This document shows positions 1-13,120 of a stretch of DNA of 64,000 nucleotides, one piece after another. Within the stretch, counting starts at the first letter, position 1; each line of letters opens with the position of its first letter. Below the pieces are notes generated by a model. The model was given only the letters and a program-made list of their open reading frames with translations, ran no database searches and was not told the DNA's origin. Where the stretch lies: positions 15,260,655 to 15,324,654 of the forward strand of contig NC_134033.1 of assembly GCF_964204645.1 (NCBI RefSeq), in the 5' to 3' direction. Origin of the DNA: Tubulanus polymorphus. Taxonomy: Eukaryota; Animalia; Nemertea. A program made the translations under genes and the position numbers.

Positions 1-377
1 TCGTTTGTTGCAAACACCCGCGAATATACTGTCTGTACAGTCACACACATAATAACAAAATAATAATTGTTATCGGCTTTCACAGTATATTTTGACGACG
101 ATGGTCAACTCAAAACTGTCGATGTAACGCTACTTGTCTAGTATCGTTTCTGTCAATGTGATTTGTTTAATCAGCTTATTTAGCTCTGGTTGGATACTCT
201 CAACTCGCTGAAATGTTGCCTCATTATTCGACTCCTTACTACTCTCGAGTCTAGTGTTCTTCAACTCTTGCCAGATTCACTGACCCTGTGAATTTAATTG
301 ATACTAGACGCAGACGCGCGCCTCAGACAAGGCGCGCTTGTTTGTACCGTAATTATTTCTTCACTGTGTTGTGTTTT

Positions 378-1085
378 GAGAGAAAGAGTGAGAGGAGGGA
401 GAGGATGAGAGAGGAGGAGGAATGAGGAGGGAGAGAAGGGGAGATTAGGTAAAAGTTTTGAGAGTTTTACAGCAAGACAGGCCTGTAGAGATAGGTTGGG
501 TCGAGGTTTTTAGGGTTTTGGAAGTGGCAGAGTTGGGGAGAAGAAAAGGAGCGAATCAGAAAAAGTTTTAAGATTACGAGGTAGACTAAGAGATTAGGGA
601 AATGGGGAAATGAGAGAAAAGAGGTGAGGGCGAGAGGGGACAGAGAGAGGAGAGGAGAGAGAGAGGGAGAGAGGGAGGAGAGGAGAGAGAGGGAGAGAGA
701 GGAGTGAGGAGAGAGGAGATAGAGGGAGAGAGAGGAGAGGAGAGAGAGAGGGAGAGAGGGAGGAGAGGAGAGAGAGAGAGAAGAGAAGAAAGGAGAGAGA
801 GGAGAGGAGAGAGAAGGAACGAGAGGAGTGAGGAGAGAGGAGAGAGGAGAGGGGAGAGAGGAGAGAGGAGAGGGGAGAGAGAGGAGTAAGGAGAGAGGAG
901 AGAGAGGAGAGAGAGAGGGAGGAGAGGAGAGAGAGAGAGAAGATAGGAGAGAAGAGAGGAGAGGAGAGAGAGGGAGAGAGAGGAGAGGAGGGAGAGAGAG
1001 AAGAGAGGAGAGAAGGAGGAGAGAGAGAAGAGAAGAGAAGAGAGGAGAGAGGAGAGAGGAGGGAGATGAGAGATAGGGAGATAGG
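378..1085. repeat. GA-rich polypurine low-complexity tract
   Basis: Almost pure A/G on the + strand (GAGAGGA variants), purest at 600-1080. It explains the S/L/P and R/E/G ORFs. Confidence 0.95.
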
Positions 1086-4000
1086 GGTTGAAATTTGAGG
1101 CGATACCAAAAAGGTTAGGAGATTGAAGAGAAGATATAGAAAAGGATGGATTAAACTCATCTCTTACACAATTGTTTACAGTTTGTTTTGAAATAAGAGT
1201 AAAAATCTAAACGCCTTAATTCAATCAACATCACTATATATAATGTGTAATATCTATTGGAACAGTAAACGTAAAGATGAATAGTGACGGTTAGCTTGAT
1301 TTTATCAGAAAAACGAGCTTCCATTTAACAGCTAGTGTGGAAAGTTCTCCAAATGAGTCACATTCACCCGGACTTTTAATAAAATCAAGTTAACCAGAGA
1401 AAACCTTCAAATCTGTCATAGCGTTTGTCTGATTCGACACCTGATTAACACGGCAACTTAATTTATGAGGACATAAATTAAAGTTTTTAACCGAGAAATC
1501 ATTCGCAAAAAACTGCGCCGCAGTCGCGAACTCCGATCCCTGTGGCGCCGGTGACGTGGTTCATGCGGGAAAAACTACGGAGCGGCAAGAGAAAAAATAA
1601 TACCGGTTTCTTCTCTGACAACGTAAACACCTTTAAACCATTGTCAGCGAGGCAAGCTATCATAGTGTCTCGGATAATGCACCTTAATAACATTCTTAGC
1701 AGAAACGGAAGTTTTCCCCACAAAAGCCCCTTCTCACCTCGCGAAGTCTTCTCATAAAAGAGAGCTTCCGAATTAACAATTTCGCTAATGCCAGCCGTGT
1801 TTTTACGTGTCATTCTTAACAATGGCAACTGCGTTTGGCAACAATCACGGCGGTTTCGGTGTTATTTCGTCCAACAATTAGCGAACAAGGAAAATTGCCC
1901 AGTTTGACGTTCGGAACGGAGCGGGGTGACGATCTTTACAGATATTTGTATCGCTGCTGAAATTGCCCCGGTAATTTTCTAGCTATTGTTCACGCGGCGA
2001 TGTGGCGTTCGCGACGACGCTCTTCGTATTGGCAGCGATGGATGGAGTCGCGCTTTTGGAATTGTTTTCACAGTTTGACTGCTCGCGCAGTGGCAGTCTC
2101 TGAGACCGTCGTCGGTACAGGTTTGACAGGTTTGCCGGGTCCAATTTACCGCTGAAAGGTGAGGCGTTTATCGTTAGAGACGATGCGCGAATGGGTCTAG
2201 AGGTGATTTTCAAGTCCCCCCTGGTGTAGAAAATCGTACCACTACACGATAAATGAAATGAATGCTAATCGTATTACACATGTGTTAGATATTACAGACC
2301 AGATTTCTTGATATCTCTGAATTGTAACATTTTTCGCCAAAAATTAGAGTAATTTGATAGAACAAAATATTTTGTTACATTTGTTTTATCGAAAATGAAC
2401 TGAAATTATTCTGATTTTGAGAATATTTAGATATTTTTGGGTGTGATCGAGAGCATGTACAGGGCTGTGGTCAGCTTATGGTTTAAAGGATCATCTACAC
2501 TACAAATCTGGTCCAAATGTAGATGGGGTATACATCACCCTAAATAAGATGTTAGAAAAAGAAAAAAAACAACATTAATATAACAATCATATTACGAGGC
2601 ATGATTAGCAATAACTATAACAATTTGGAAGACATATCACCGGGGACAAGTCCCTATCAACCACTTCACAACTGAATCGTAGTAATTGAACAGAGAAGTT
2701 AGCCTGCTTATGGACCTAGACTCCACGGTCTGGTCAGTGTATTTTGAGAAGAGTAGCTGTGCTGTCTAGTCAGGCGTTATGACTCTACTGACCGACAATT
2801 TTCTTTATTCTCTGATCATAAAAGCTTCCGTAAGGTCGTTTTCTTAAACACGTTTCTGGTGACCATTTAGTTTAGTGGTAATCTATTCAATACCCTATAG
2901 TTCCCGGTTATCTTCGGTTTCTAAGGCTATTTCAGAAATATTCTTGATATGTTTCGTGCGTAAAGGTCAACTATTGAAAAATATCGAAAATGAAAAACAG
3001 AATAATTGCAAACTTTTACGAAGAATTCCGGGCCGTCCCCAAATTAACTACTGACAACATATTCACCTGTCGTACTGACTTAACTTCGTTGTACGAAAAG
3101 ATTCATGTTCGGTTTGGTTTTTTTTACGGTGTTATAACTCGGAAAAAAAGAGAAACATAAGACAAAAAGAGCCGGAGGCGTTGAACGAAGAAACACACAC
3201 GCGACGACATGACTCGAATCATCATCATCACCTATTGTAAGAATGGCAACGTGTGTATCAAAAGAGTCCAAACAATGGAGTTTCCTATACCAGGTGTTGT
3301 CTAGTATAGAATGCCCGAAGTCATTTAACTTTAATGACACTAAAAAAAGCGACGTCGTCTTGACAATTCTCAGTTTGTTATACGGAGTGGCATAAACACG
3401 AGACACCTTTACGTACTCGTTTACAGAATTACTTTTTTGTTTTCAGCACATGCTCACTGCTGTCCTCCCTTTCAGGAGCGGATATAGATAAGACAACATA
3501 ATTCCGTAGTGGAATATTTCTAGATGCTGAGAAAATTATCAAATTTTTCAAACCCCTTGAACCACTTGCCGCGTTTTGCCGACATGAAGTTTTGTGTATT
3601 AGAATATTTCTAGATGCTCAGAAAATGATTGATTTTCTCAAAGCCTTCTGAAACGTAAAACCTAAACGGCCTCGTCTCCATGGCACTCGCTGTCGTGTTC
3701 TATTTACATATGTATATATAACCCCAAATTCTTCCTATAATTCCTGGTTCCGCTCCCGCTATTCAGAACTCACAGTGATGAGGAAAAGTAGGTTTTCTTA
3801 AAACTGTAACATTAATGTGAATTATGATGATAACTATGTCTTTATTTCTTACAATAGAAAAGAAGAAAAAAGAAAATACTAAAAAAAAAAAAATATCAAT
3901 ATGCACAAGGAATAAAACATATTCATATTCCGAAAGATTTAAGAACATATTCGAAAGGTAAAACTCTCATAAGCTAACTTAACAGTTTCCTAGAGCCGTA

Positions 4001-5327
4001 TCTAGCGGAAGATGGGGGTAAGTTGCCCCCAGAAATTTTGGAAAAGTGCCCTTTTTGCAAATATCATCGTTATATCTAAACTACCCCTTTTCAGGATCCC
4101 CTGCCCCCCACCCCCAAATTCAAATACTAGGTACAGTATTGATACAATAGTAATCGATTAAGTCTTTTATCTCCCAGTTTAACTAAATTGAAAGGTTTAT
4201 CAATTTGCTATCGAAAGTTGACCACACGAAGAATCGTTCAAACTTAAAGTACACTTTTCAATTTCTAAACCGGTTTTGGCGCATAAAAGGTGTTTGTATG
4301 ACATGAGATATCTACGTTTTCTATTCGGAGAATCATATTATTTTTTGTTATCATTTTTACTCGAAGCAAAGAACAAAACACATTATCCGCTTCTCTGCCC
4401 GTATAAATTTTTGAATTCACTCGGAAGAAAAGAGTAAAAATGTAAAAATTTCTTTTAAACTCTGACTTTATATTGAATGAATCAGTAAGATCATGATATT
4501 CGTGATGAAACGATAAATGTGAAATCCCAAAATTTTTGAACGAATTAAAAGTTTAATCATAAATGCTAGAATCGTTTTAAATATTTCGGTTGGTTCCTAC
4601 CACACACTTCTTAGGTACAAACAGGAGTTCAGTCCAAACTGGAAGAAAGGTGGCAGGAACCACCCGAAATATACCGAGAAAGTACTGGCAATGTCTGTTG
4701 TAGAGTTTAAGTCATTCGCCAAAATACAGATCTTCAATGCACAATTTTCCTTGGCGTTTGAACTTTTGTTTTACGATGGAATTACTGCGCTATACAAATT
4801 AACAATATCAAATATTTCTAGCATTTTTAGACCTTTCAAGTCTTTCAAGAATTGTGGAATTTTACATTTTTTGACTTTCATGGTTTGCACTCGAAAGTTG
4901 ACAGAAAATTTTCTTTCATTCAGTTTTTCAAATCTCATACATTCAGAATGAAAAGGGTAGTAGGATTTTACGTGAACAATCATTGGCCTTCTTAGCGCGG
5001 TGGACGTGCTGTTTGTCTCACAACCAGTAGATTTTGGTGGGGTCGAATCCCCTGAAAACAAGCTATTTTGTTAGCTATTTGACATTTTGTTATTCTATTC
5101 ACATCGTAAAAATAGACCGCGGGGGTCTGTCTGACGCACAACGCCCCCTAGGTAACAATAACTTTTTTGTAAAACATAATAGCCCGCTTTTCATAGGAAA
5201 CAATAAAAAAATCATCACCAGGCCAAACAAGTCGAAAATAATGTTTAGCAAGTTTATCACAGGTTCCTTTTGTAAACCGGTAATTTGAGGTAAAACAAGG
5301 ACAAATGCTAATGTTGTAATCATGGAT

Positions 5328-5372
5328 ACGCTAGGTGGCGCTCAAGCCATGCAACACGACGCCACCTAGCGG
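5328..5372. promoter_or_regulatory. Inverted pair of CTCF-like motifs
   Basis: CGCTAGGTGGCG followed by its exact reverse complement CGCCACCTAGCG. Both fit the CTCF core CCASYAGRKGGCRS reasonably well. Confidence 0.5.
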
Positions 5373-6198
5373 TAAAGCTATGATCGCACCGTGTTCCTCT
5401 TTCCCGAAACGAACGACTCAATATCGCGGCCTCGTAACGATGGATATTTGTTCAGAAAGTCGATAGCCAGTGGGGGTTCCCGGCGTCAAGTGCATACACT
5501 CGTATTGTTCCCGGTGTCAGCGAGTTTTTTTCAGACTCTTTTCTGAAAATAATCTGCAAACAAAAAGTAAACATCAAAGAACTCTTGGCTTTCAGCTGAT
5601 TCTAACACATATAACGAAACCCTTAAGCAGCGCGGTGACCAACCTGCACTGGCATATATCCAATGCTCCTTTATTTTCCAAGGCTTTTTTGAGTAAAAAA
5701 AAGTAACACATTTCCCGTGATTCAGCATCTGTAACTAGGTGACGACGTATACAACGGTTTCTATTGTTGGCCCGAGCGGATACTATTTAGTTTCCGAGCT
5801 TATGAATCTGTTATATTGTGTCAATCGAACCGCGAACGGCTGATAACGTCATGTTAAAGAAACATCTCTAATAGAGGAAAATATGAGTCCTGACTTCACT
5901 AACAACTCACTGGAGTCAGTTTCAGAAAACCCATTGTACGGTTAAGGTTTGTAATACGCTGCCACCTTTTTTAATGCCATTTACAACGTAACGTCAACAT
6001 TTTTCCAATAGCAAAAATGCCCAATTCCACTCAAATTCAACTGAAAATACTATTCTTTATAACATTGTCAAATCCATTTTGATGCCATTTTTTTCCATTG
6101 GTCCCATCAGTGGCGTTATAAAGGACTAAAGCCGTGATTAAATCAAAGTCGTTGCCATAAGCAATTTGATCATTTGATCAAACTGATCCCAGGGCCTA

Positions 6199-6430
6199 GG
6201 GGACCGGTTGCATAGTCGAGACTTTTAAAGTGCAGCATCGAATCAGATTGGCCTCAGAATTTAGATGGTCTTAGACTGGTTTTTAGTCTAAGCCATGACT
6301 ATGGAACCAGCATAGTTGCATACGTCAGTCCAAAGATGGCCTTAAACCTCAAGACTAGTCTTAGGATAGGCCTATTATATCGGCTACGGAACTTTGTTGG
6401 TCTTAGCCTTCTATATTTTGGACCGGTTGA
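6199..6430. mobile_element. Degenerate Harbinger-type MITE family A copies
   Basis: GGACCGGTTGCATAGTC ... TAAGCCATGACTATGGAACCAG matches the TIRs of the 8197 and 20034 copies; the internal GGTCTTAGACTGG motif is also present. Confidence 0.65.
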
Positions 6431-7630
6431 ATATAGGCGAGCCTAAAATGAATTCTACAGGCGTTCGACGTATTAAACAAAAAAAAACAGACCATTGAAT
6501 ATTCATTGACCCGCAATAACCATGTTTTAATACCGCCCAGAAAAATCATCATCCTTACAACAAGATTTGCGTCGACGAAGATATCTCAGCAGTTCACTGT
6601 ATCAGAAGAAGATGCTGGATGAAGATGAAGATGGTTTTACCTTTAATTTAATGAGGGATGTTGAACGACGACGTGATCTTTTTTTTATCTGCAAGCAGAG
6701 TTTCTCATTTAAGACTCTCATTATTAGAATTTGACCCGCAGTATCAGCCGAACCGATCAATGGCAATCAAAGGCTTCCAGCATGAATAAACGCGGCTTAT
6801 CAACTCTTCATGTCCTCCCGTTGGTAGCGCGCGGAGCACTGCACAGATAAGCACACCGCACTTACCGGGCCTCCGATCCATTCTGTACTGTCTAATAAGC
6901 TTTTTGTTTTTTGCCCGGAACGCAGGTGAAATTGGATTGACGTGGCTATCACAGTCGAAAACACGGCTTAGGGGCTTAATCTTGAAAAACGGTTACAAAG
7001 GTTCATCAAGATTGTGTAGCAGGGGAACCGAGCGCACGCTCGCTAGAGCTCGAGAGAGCCGGGGAAAGGAAGTCTCACGCAAGCGATCGTCTCTGCCTCG
7101 TCGCCACCAGTTCCAACTACTACTTGAGAGCATATAATGAGCAAATTGAAGAAGTCTCGCGCACGCGCGCGCGTCGCACACAAAAACTACACCCGAACTT
7201 TGATGATAAATGCGTAGCGTGCATGGCGAGAATTGGAAACCATTATTTAAAAGTTCTCGTGAGGCTATAAGCAGTTATCCGGGGTACAATTTATCTAAGC
7301 CCACGGGTTTTAAAGGGTCGGTACTTGGAGATGATTTGAACGACGTGGCGTCTAGCTGAACGAGCGACGGAGAGCGTTAGATCTTACCGTCACAAACACT
7401 TGATTGAAATAACTTGTAAATTCGGGATAACGCCGGATTAGCCGCTATTAGTCTGATGAATAGCCTAATACGGAGGATTATCACGTATTCGCTCGATAGG
7501 AGGCGCTTGATGTATTCACAGACACGCGCAGACGCGGGACCCTGCGTCGTTTTAGAAAAAAAACAGTTTCAAAACTAAAAGTTCGCCAGCCACTTGAAAT
7601 TCAAATCATTGAGGCCTTTAGAATTATACC

Positions 7631-8060
7631 ATTGATGAAAGACTGTATCCCCGTTGTAAAGATAATGTGATCATTACAATACAAAAACAAGTCCGAAAAT
7701 GTTTCCTTGAGCTGGCAATTTATTTCGTCGTATTTATTAATAGAATAGAATCAACATAAGAAATACTCAAGTAACAACAAAAAATCGTTAAATATATTCA
7801 TTATCCAATGGAGATCATTGATGAGCCCGTGTTGTAAAGATGATATACAGTCCCAGAGAATCCCTGAGCTAGTAGTTTATTTTGACGTTTCGACTCTATC
7901 CTGATAGTCATCTTCAGGAAAACTAGTGTCATATAACAAAATTATGAAATGTATGTGCAAAGAAAAAATGTGATTCAAAAATCTCACGAAAGAAAAGAAA
8001 ACAAGTCCTAGAACTAGTAGTTTATTATTTCAACGCTTCGGCTTATCCTCTTCAGGAAAA
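7631..8060. mobile_element. Tandem ~185 bp Penelope-like (pLTR/retrozyme-like) units
   Basis: Repeated blocks (C/G)TTGTAAAGAT...GAGCTRGYARTTTATT...TCTTCAGGAAAA, homologous to 40328-40800 and 42316-42535. Confidence 0.6.
7884..7920 (-). ncRNA. Short-stem-III hammerhead ribozyme motif
   Basis: Minus strand reads CTGAAGA-T-GAC(TATCAGGATAGA)GTC-GAAACGTC. The catalytic core is intact; stem I is weakened. Confidence 0.65.
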
Positions 8061-8196
8061 CAGGCAGAAAACAGACGTTTCAAAAAGTTCACCCAGCCCT
8101 GGAAGTGGTGGTTTTCCTCAGAAATATCCGTCGCTCTATGCGACCCCAACCACCCAGACACTCAGTTCTCGGTGATCTAAGGTGCAAACAAACCAG

Positions 8197-8334
8197 GGGC
8201 CGGTTGTATAGTCACGGCTTAGACTTAAGACCAGTCTAAGACCTACTTGGTTCTATAGCCAATCTAACAACTTAAGATCAGTCTTAAGAATTAAGACTAC
8301 TTTTAGACTAAAGTCATGACTGTGCAACTGGCCC
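8197..8334. mobile_element. PIF/Harbinger-type MITE family A
   Basis: ~24 bp TIRs GGGCCGGTTGTATAGTCACGGCTT / AAGTCATGACTGTGCAACTGGCCC, with a CAG target-site duplication (TSD) on both sides. Confidence 0.85.
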
Positions 8335-8351
8335 CAGGACTAATATTAACC

Positions 8352-8575
8352 AGATAAAATCCCACTATATACAGATTAAAAGAATTTAAAACCAGAATTT
8401 ATTTATTAAATCAAAAATATATAAAAGACACGACGTTTCGATCTCACCCTAGAGATCATCAACAGGTGACGATGACGATGATCTCTAGGGTGAGATCGAA
8501 ATGTCGTGTCTTTGATTCAATGAATAAATTCTGGTTTTTAAATTCTTTTAATCTGTAAATAGTGGGATTTTATCT
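8352..8575. mobile_element. Penelope-like inverted repeat with two opposed degenerate hammerhead motifs
   Basis: ~100 bp inverted arms. Each carries stem II GATCTC(TAGGGT)GAGATC followed by GAAAYGTC; the cores are mutated (CTGTTGA and ATGACGA). Confidence 0.75.
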
Positions 8576-9439
8576 TATTATCCGTTCACCACGTTTGGTT
8601 ATCGTTCTATCATATTAACAGTATTTTTTCAATTTGAAATGAGGGTGGATTCTCTAATGTGTTTATGATTGATATTAGTACAAACGAATTTTACAATATT
8701 TTCAAAGACACCAAGACTGGAAATAGTCCCGCAACTATAAAGCTTAAACTCACTCCCATCAGTAATCTACGCATATAATGTCTAATCTCGGAGTACATAA
8801 AGACCGTCTCAGACTAATCTATTGAATTCTCTCGGCTGAGATCGCCAGTGTTCCTTTCACTGAGGGAATCTGTAAGTTCGACTGCGCGTTGAAAGGGCTC
8901 GGTTATTGGACGTATTGAGCTCGACTCCGTCGGGGCTACGGTTGATATAACAGAGATATACATGTAATTATTAAAGCTATTGTGCAGCGCTGAGGCTCGA
9001 TACGAAAGCCACTTAACTCGCTACAATACGCCATCAATACAGACCCCTATAAGGACCTTACCCCTAGGGATATGTTATAATCAACCTCAACATTGACAGT
9101 GAATCAAACCTCATTCAGCAAATCTACATTTATCTATTTTTTTTCTTTCTTTCTCTGTGTGTGTGTCTGTGAGGACAACTAAAGGCTTCGTGCATTCTCT
9201 CTCTCATCCAGGATGCTCGATGTAATCTGAGCGGGTGGTTTTTAGAGGAACTTTATTCTCTTAATGCAGCTGATATGAATCAGCACTGTCGCCCCAGTAT
9301 CTTTGTGCTGCTATTGCTATTTACAGTCGAAATAACGTTTTATTAATGATCAATAATCTGTAATATTTGATTTAATGAAGTTTCGTTTTGAATCTTAGAT
9401 TGCGTACAATCTATTCAGTACGGGCTATAATTCTACTAA

Positions 9440-9659
9440 GGCTAAACAAAAATGATACCTTGTTTCTCCGCAGCGGCCGGGTCATTTTTGTAAAATATGA
9501 TAAAATTTATAAACAGTTCATTTCTATAGCGGCCGGGTCTGTTATGGTAAAATTGATCACGATTTTAAAAAAAGTAATGTATAGGGTAGATAGGCGGCCG
9601 GCCGGGTCAACATTTAAGCTCAGCAGAGCGGAGAAACAAGGTATCAATTTTTTTTAGCC
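9440..9659. mobile_element. Tourist/Harbinger-type MITE family C
   Basis: TIRs GGCTAAACAAAAATGATACCTTGTTTCTCCGC / GCGGAGAAACAAGGTATCAATTTTTTTTAGCC with a TAA duplication. Confidence 0.85.
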
Positions 9660-9734
9660 TAATCGTATGTTCAAACGTTATCCTCCTTTTGAACTAATTC
9701 TAACTTGAAAGACTAACCCAGTTGCTGTTGGATT

Positions 9735-10594
9735 TCACCAGGTGGCACTAGTGTGGGGATGTTAGGCTAGAGCCCCGCTGGCTGAGTGGGAACCACTGAC
9801 ACACGAGAGGTTGCGGGCTCGAGTGTTTCATCTTAGCTTATCTGGACTCTACCGGTGCCTGAATTTTCCATCAGTATTTCCACTCGTATTGGAATTGTCT
9901 CAGGTTCTCACCAGGTGCCACTATAGTATATCCAACTTTTAAGCTGGCTAAAATTATCAAGTTAGGTCTAGATGTATATAGATCCCTCCGGTAGTGTGTA
10001 AATAGTATGCTGTAAATAACGTTTGTTATGTTTTGAAACACTTTTATTTCCTGTTTTTTTGTAAATAATTGTAAATACTTTTTTGTCCTCCATATACCAT
10101 GTGAATGGTTGGAGTGTAATAAATATTCGTATTCGTCTCAGTTCTAGCGCTAGAGTTATCCCAGGACCTCACCAAGTGGAGCTAGTATTGGTATTGTCTC
10201 AGTTCTAGGGCCAGAGTTATCACAGGACCTCACCAGGTGGAGCTAGTATTGGAATTGTCTCAGTTCTAGGACCAGGTTTATCTCTCACGATCTCACCAGG
10301 GGGCGCTTGTATAGGAATTGTCTCAACCTAACAAACAACCAGTATTTCTAGGGCTAGAATTATCTGAGGATCTCACCAGGTGACACTCAATATATCTTTT
10401 CATATGCTGATATTTTGTATACCCTCTATGTACCGAATATACAGAATGTAATATATCGAGAGTGCAATCTTATCGTATCTTACCCTAGGGGTCCCAGGAA
10501 TTAGAATTGTCACAGTTACAGTCCCCGAGTTATCTCAGGATCTCGCCAGGTGGCACTCCTATTGAAAATACTTCAGGTACCCACCAGGGGGCTG
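9735..10594 (+). promoter_or_regulatory. Tandem ~61 bp repeat carrying ~8 forward CTCF-like motifs
   Basis: TCACCAGGTGGCAC (9735), TCACCAGGGGGCGC (10293), TCGCCAGGTGGCAC (10543), CCACCAGGGGGCTG (10581) and variants, within GGAATTGTCTCAGTTCTAGG...TTATC units. Confidence 0.6.
10068..10137 (+). mobile_element. 3' end of a non-LTR retroelement (stem-loop plus TATTCG tail)
   Basis: CTCCA..ACCAT(GTGA)ATGGT-TGGAG hairpin, AATAAA and (TATTCG)n. A near-identical copy lies at 62453-62526. Confidence 0.65.
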
Positions 10595-11226
10595 AAAATC
10601 GATACTCTTCCAAACGATAACGGGTCGCAACGTGTCACATTGTGAAGAGAATCCGTAGAGATAAAAGCACATCTCTTATCTATTGTAACAGGGAATCTAT
10701 TGAGTATTTGTCCACGTTTGGTGCGGATTTTATTAATTTTCAGCTCCATTCACGTTCGTGAATACTTTCCATAGATTTCCAGTGACATTTTATTAATATC
10801 AATAACAATACACAAACTGTCAGGTTGTCCGTTGACTGTCAATCTCTTTTCTCTCGCGCGACACACTGGTTGTACACGGTTTATAAAACCTGGCCTCTCC
10901 CGTATTGTTCCTCTCTCGACACATATCCTCTAATGTCGTCGCTTAATTTTTACGCGTCGCGGCGGCTGCTGCGCGCGCACCTAGTCCGCGTCACTGGCCC
11001 CGCTTATCTGTAAATAACCTACACTGAGACGAGGACACTATCACAACAACACAATCCCCTCCCACACCTCATAGCATTGATTCAATTGGCATTGGAAAAA
11101 CAATGTGATACCACGATTTCAGCCTTCCTCCTCCGGATTAGAACAAAAATGAAGTATATTTGAATAACGAAACATTTTAGGCAAATTCATTCAGAAACCC
11201 TTTAAATTCTCTTTTTTACGAGTGGT

Positions 11227-11665
11227 ACTCCCTCTGGTGGCAGCTCTATCTATAATTGGAAGCAAATAGTGCTTCAGGAGCGCCCCCTGGTGGTTCATGG
11301 GAAGAAATCATTAGCGTTTCAGTGTTGAAAGCGCCCTCTGGTGGTTCAGCTTTGCACGAGATGGACCCAGCAGAACTTCAAGGCTTATATGGCGCCGTCT
11401 GGTGGTTCAGTTATTCACGAGAAGAACCCGTTAGAGCTCAAGTGCTTACTCTGGTGGTCATATCATTCGTAAGATGAACCCAGCAGAGCCCAAGGGCTTA
11501 CAGCGCCCCCTATTGGTAAGGTGAACCCAGCAGAGCCTCAGGGCTAACAGTGCCCCCTATTGGTAAGATGAACCCAGCAGAGCCTCAGGGCTTACAGTGC
11601 CCCCTATTGGTATACTAAGTTAGGAGTGTGGAACACTTCGGCGCTCAATGAACGCCCTCTAGCGG
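11227..11665 (-). promoter_or_regulatory. Tandem ~47-60 bp repeat carrying ~8 reverse CTCF-like motifs
   Basis: GCGCCCCCTGGTGG (11280), GCGCCCTCTGGTGG (11331), GYGCCCCCTATTGG x3 and ACGCCCTCTAGCGG (11652). Confidence 0.65.
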
Positions 11666-12825
11666 TTCACCTACATATCAACTGAACTCGAGTGATCGAT
11701 GCTCGAGGGCAGACGCGCGGTCGGCGGATATAACTAACAATAAGCAGACAATTTCAATGCTAATTCTAGTATTACATATGAAGTGAAACGGGAAATTTGA
11801 ATTTGAAATTTTCAATCAACGTCTCGTCGATGTAGTATTAACGAGCTATCAGTCGAGCAGACGATAGATTGATGAACAGTCAATAGCGTATTGATTAGCC
11901 AACAATAACACCAATACACAACTGTCCAATCACTTTATAACGCTACTTTACCGCTACTGATTCGTTCATTTGTCGGTTTATCAGCGTCGAATGCCGCCGA
12001 TAAGTGGATCGGACACCTCGACACTGACAACGCGCCATCGTTCCTCATTACACGAATTACCCGCTATGGTTTTCGGGTAATAAAATCTTTCCGGAGCACG
12101 CGGCGATTTTCCACCTGACCCGCGGTGAATAAGGCGCCGTATTAGGCATAATTCTCGCCTATTTATCTGAGTGAATTGAATCGCGCCGTCGTTCTCTCTC
12201 TCGGCGTCGTCGTGTTAGTGAAACAATCCGCTCTCGCCGTTAATAATGAGCGCGACAACACACACAGATATTGTCCGTTTGTATTGTACTTGTGTTATTG
12301 GTTGTAAGGCCTGTTTACGAAGATAAACCGACGCGTAGGGATATCTTACACTTTGTTGAACAACGTCAATAGACACTCGTCGGCGCTTTCAACGGAAATT
12401 TTCGCGCCTAAATAGTTACGAAAGCCGGTATGTTCACGCATGGCGGCTTCCTGTCATAAAACTGGGACGGGGTCTTTATTGGAGGGTTCAAGGGACCAAG
12501 ATGGCGACGATAACCGCAGATTGGATCTAGCCTACCGTTCAGTAGTTTGAATGACGCGTTTTGTAGATAAGCGGCCACGTCGTGCGCGCGTGTGAGTGCT
12601 GTCCCTGTCCCACGGTTCAGATTCTCTCGCTGATCCGCGGTCTAACGCGGAATAAATCAACCGTGCTGCCCTCTATTATTCATAGCTGTCAATTCAATTA
12701 AAAAGTCGCTCGTGAAAAACCGATTTAATCTTCGTGTTGTTTGTCGTGTGTTAACCTACGTTCACTCGCATGCCGCAGCCTACCATTCTCTGAAATTCTT
12801 ACTTCCGACACTTTTACTGGGATAG

Positions 12826-13120
12826 AAATTAAACCTACCCAACTGTGGAACTGGATTCAGAGTCAAATTAAACCCACACAACTGTGGAACTAGATACAGA
12901 GTCCAATTAAACCCACATAAATGTGGAACTGGATCCAGAGTCAAATTAAACCCACACAACTGTGGAACTGGGTTCAGAGTCAAATTGAACACACACAACT
13001 GTGGAACTGGGTCCAGAGTCAAATTAAACCCACACAACTGTGAAACTGGGTTCACATTCGAATTAACCACACACAACTGTGGAACTGGGTGGGTCTACAT
13101 GAACCCCGTGGAACTGGGTG
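12826..13120. repeat. 42 bp tandem repeat related to the MITE family B terminus
   Basis: Unit AACTGTGGAACTGGRTYCAGAGTCAAATTAAACCCACAC, about 6 copies. Confidence 0.9.

Noticed and set aside
594-1160. 188 aa S/L/P-rich ORF
   Set aside because: Low-complexity GA tract.
9770-9825. Possible tRNA gene
   Set aside because: Only degenerate A/B-box-like words and no cloverleaf; at most a SINE relic.
12121-12140. Partial resemblance to miR-124 (CGCGGTGAAT)
   Set aside because: The seed is absent from the correct position and there is no proper precursor hairpin.
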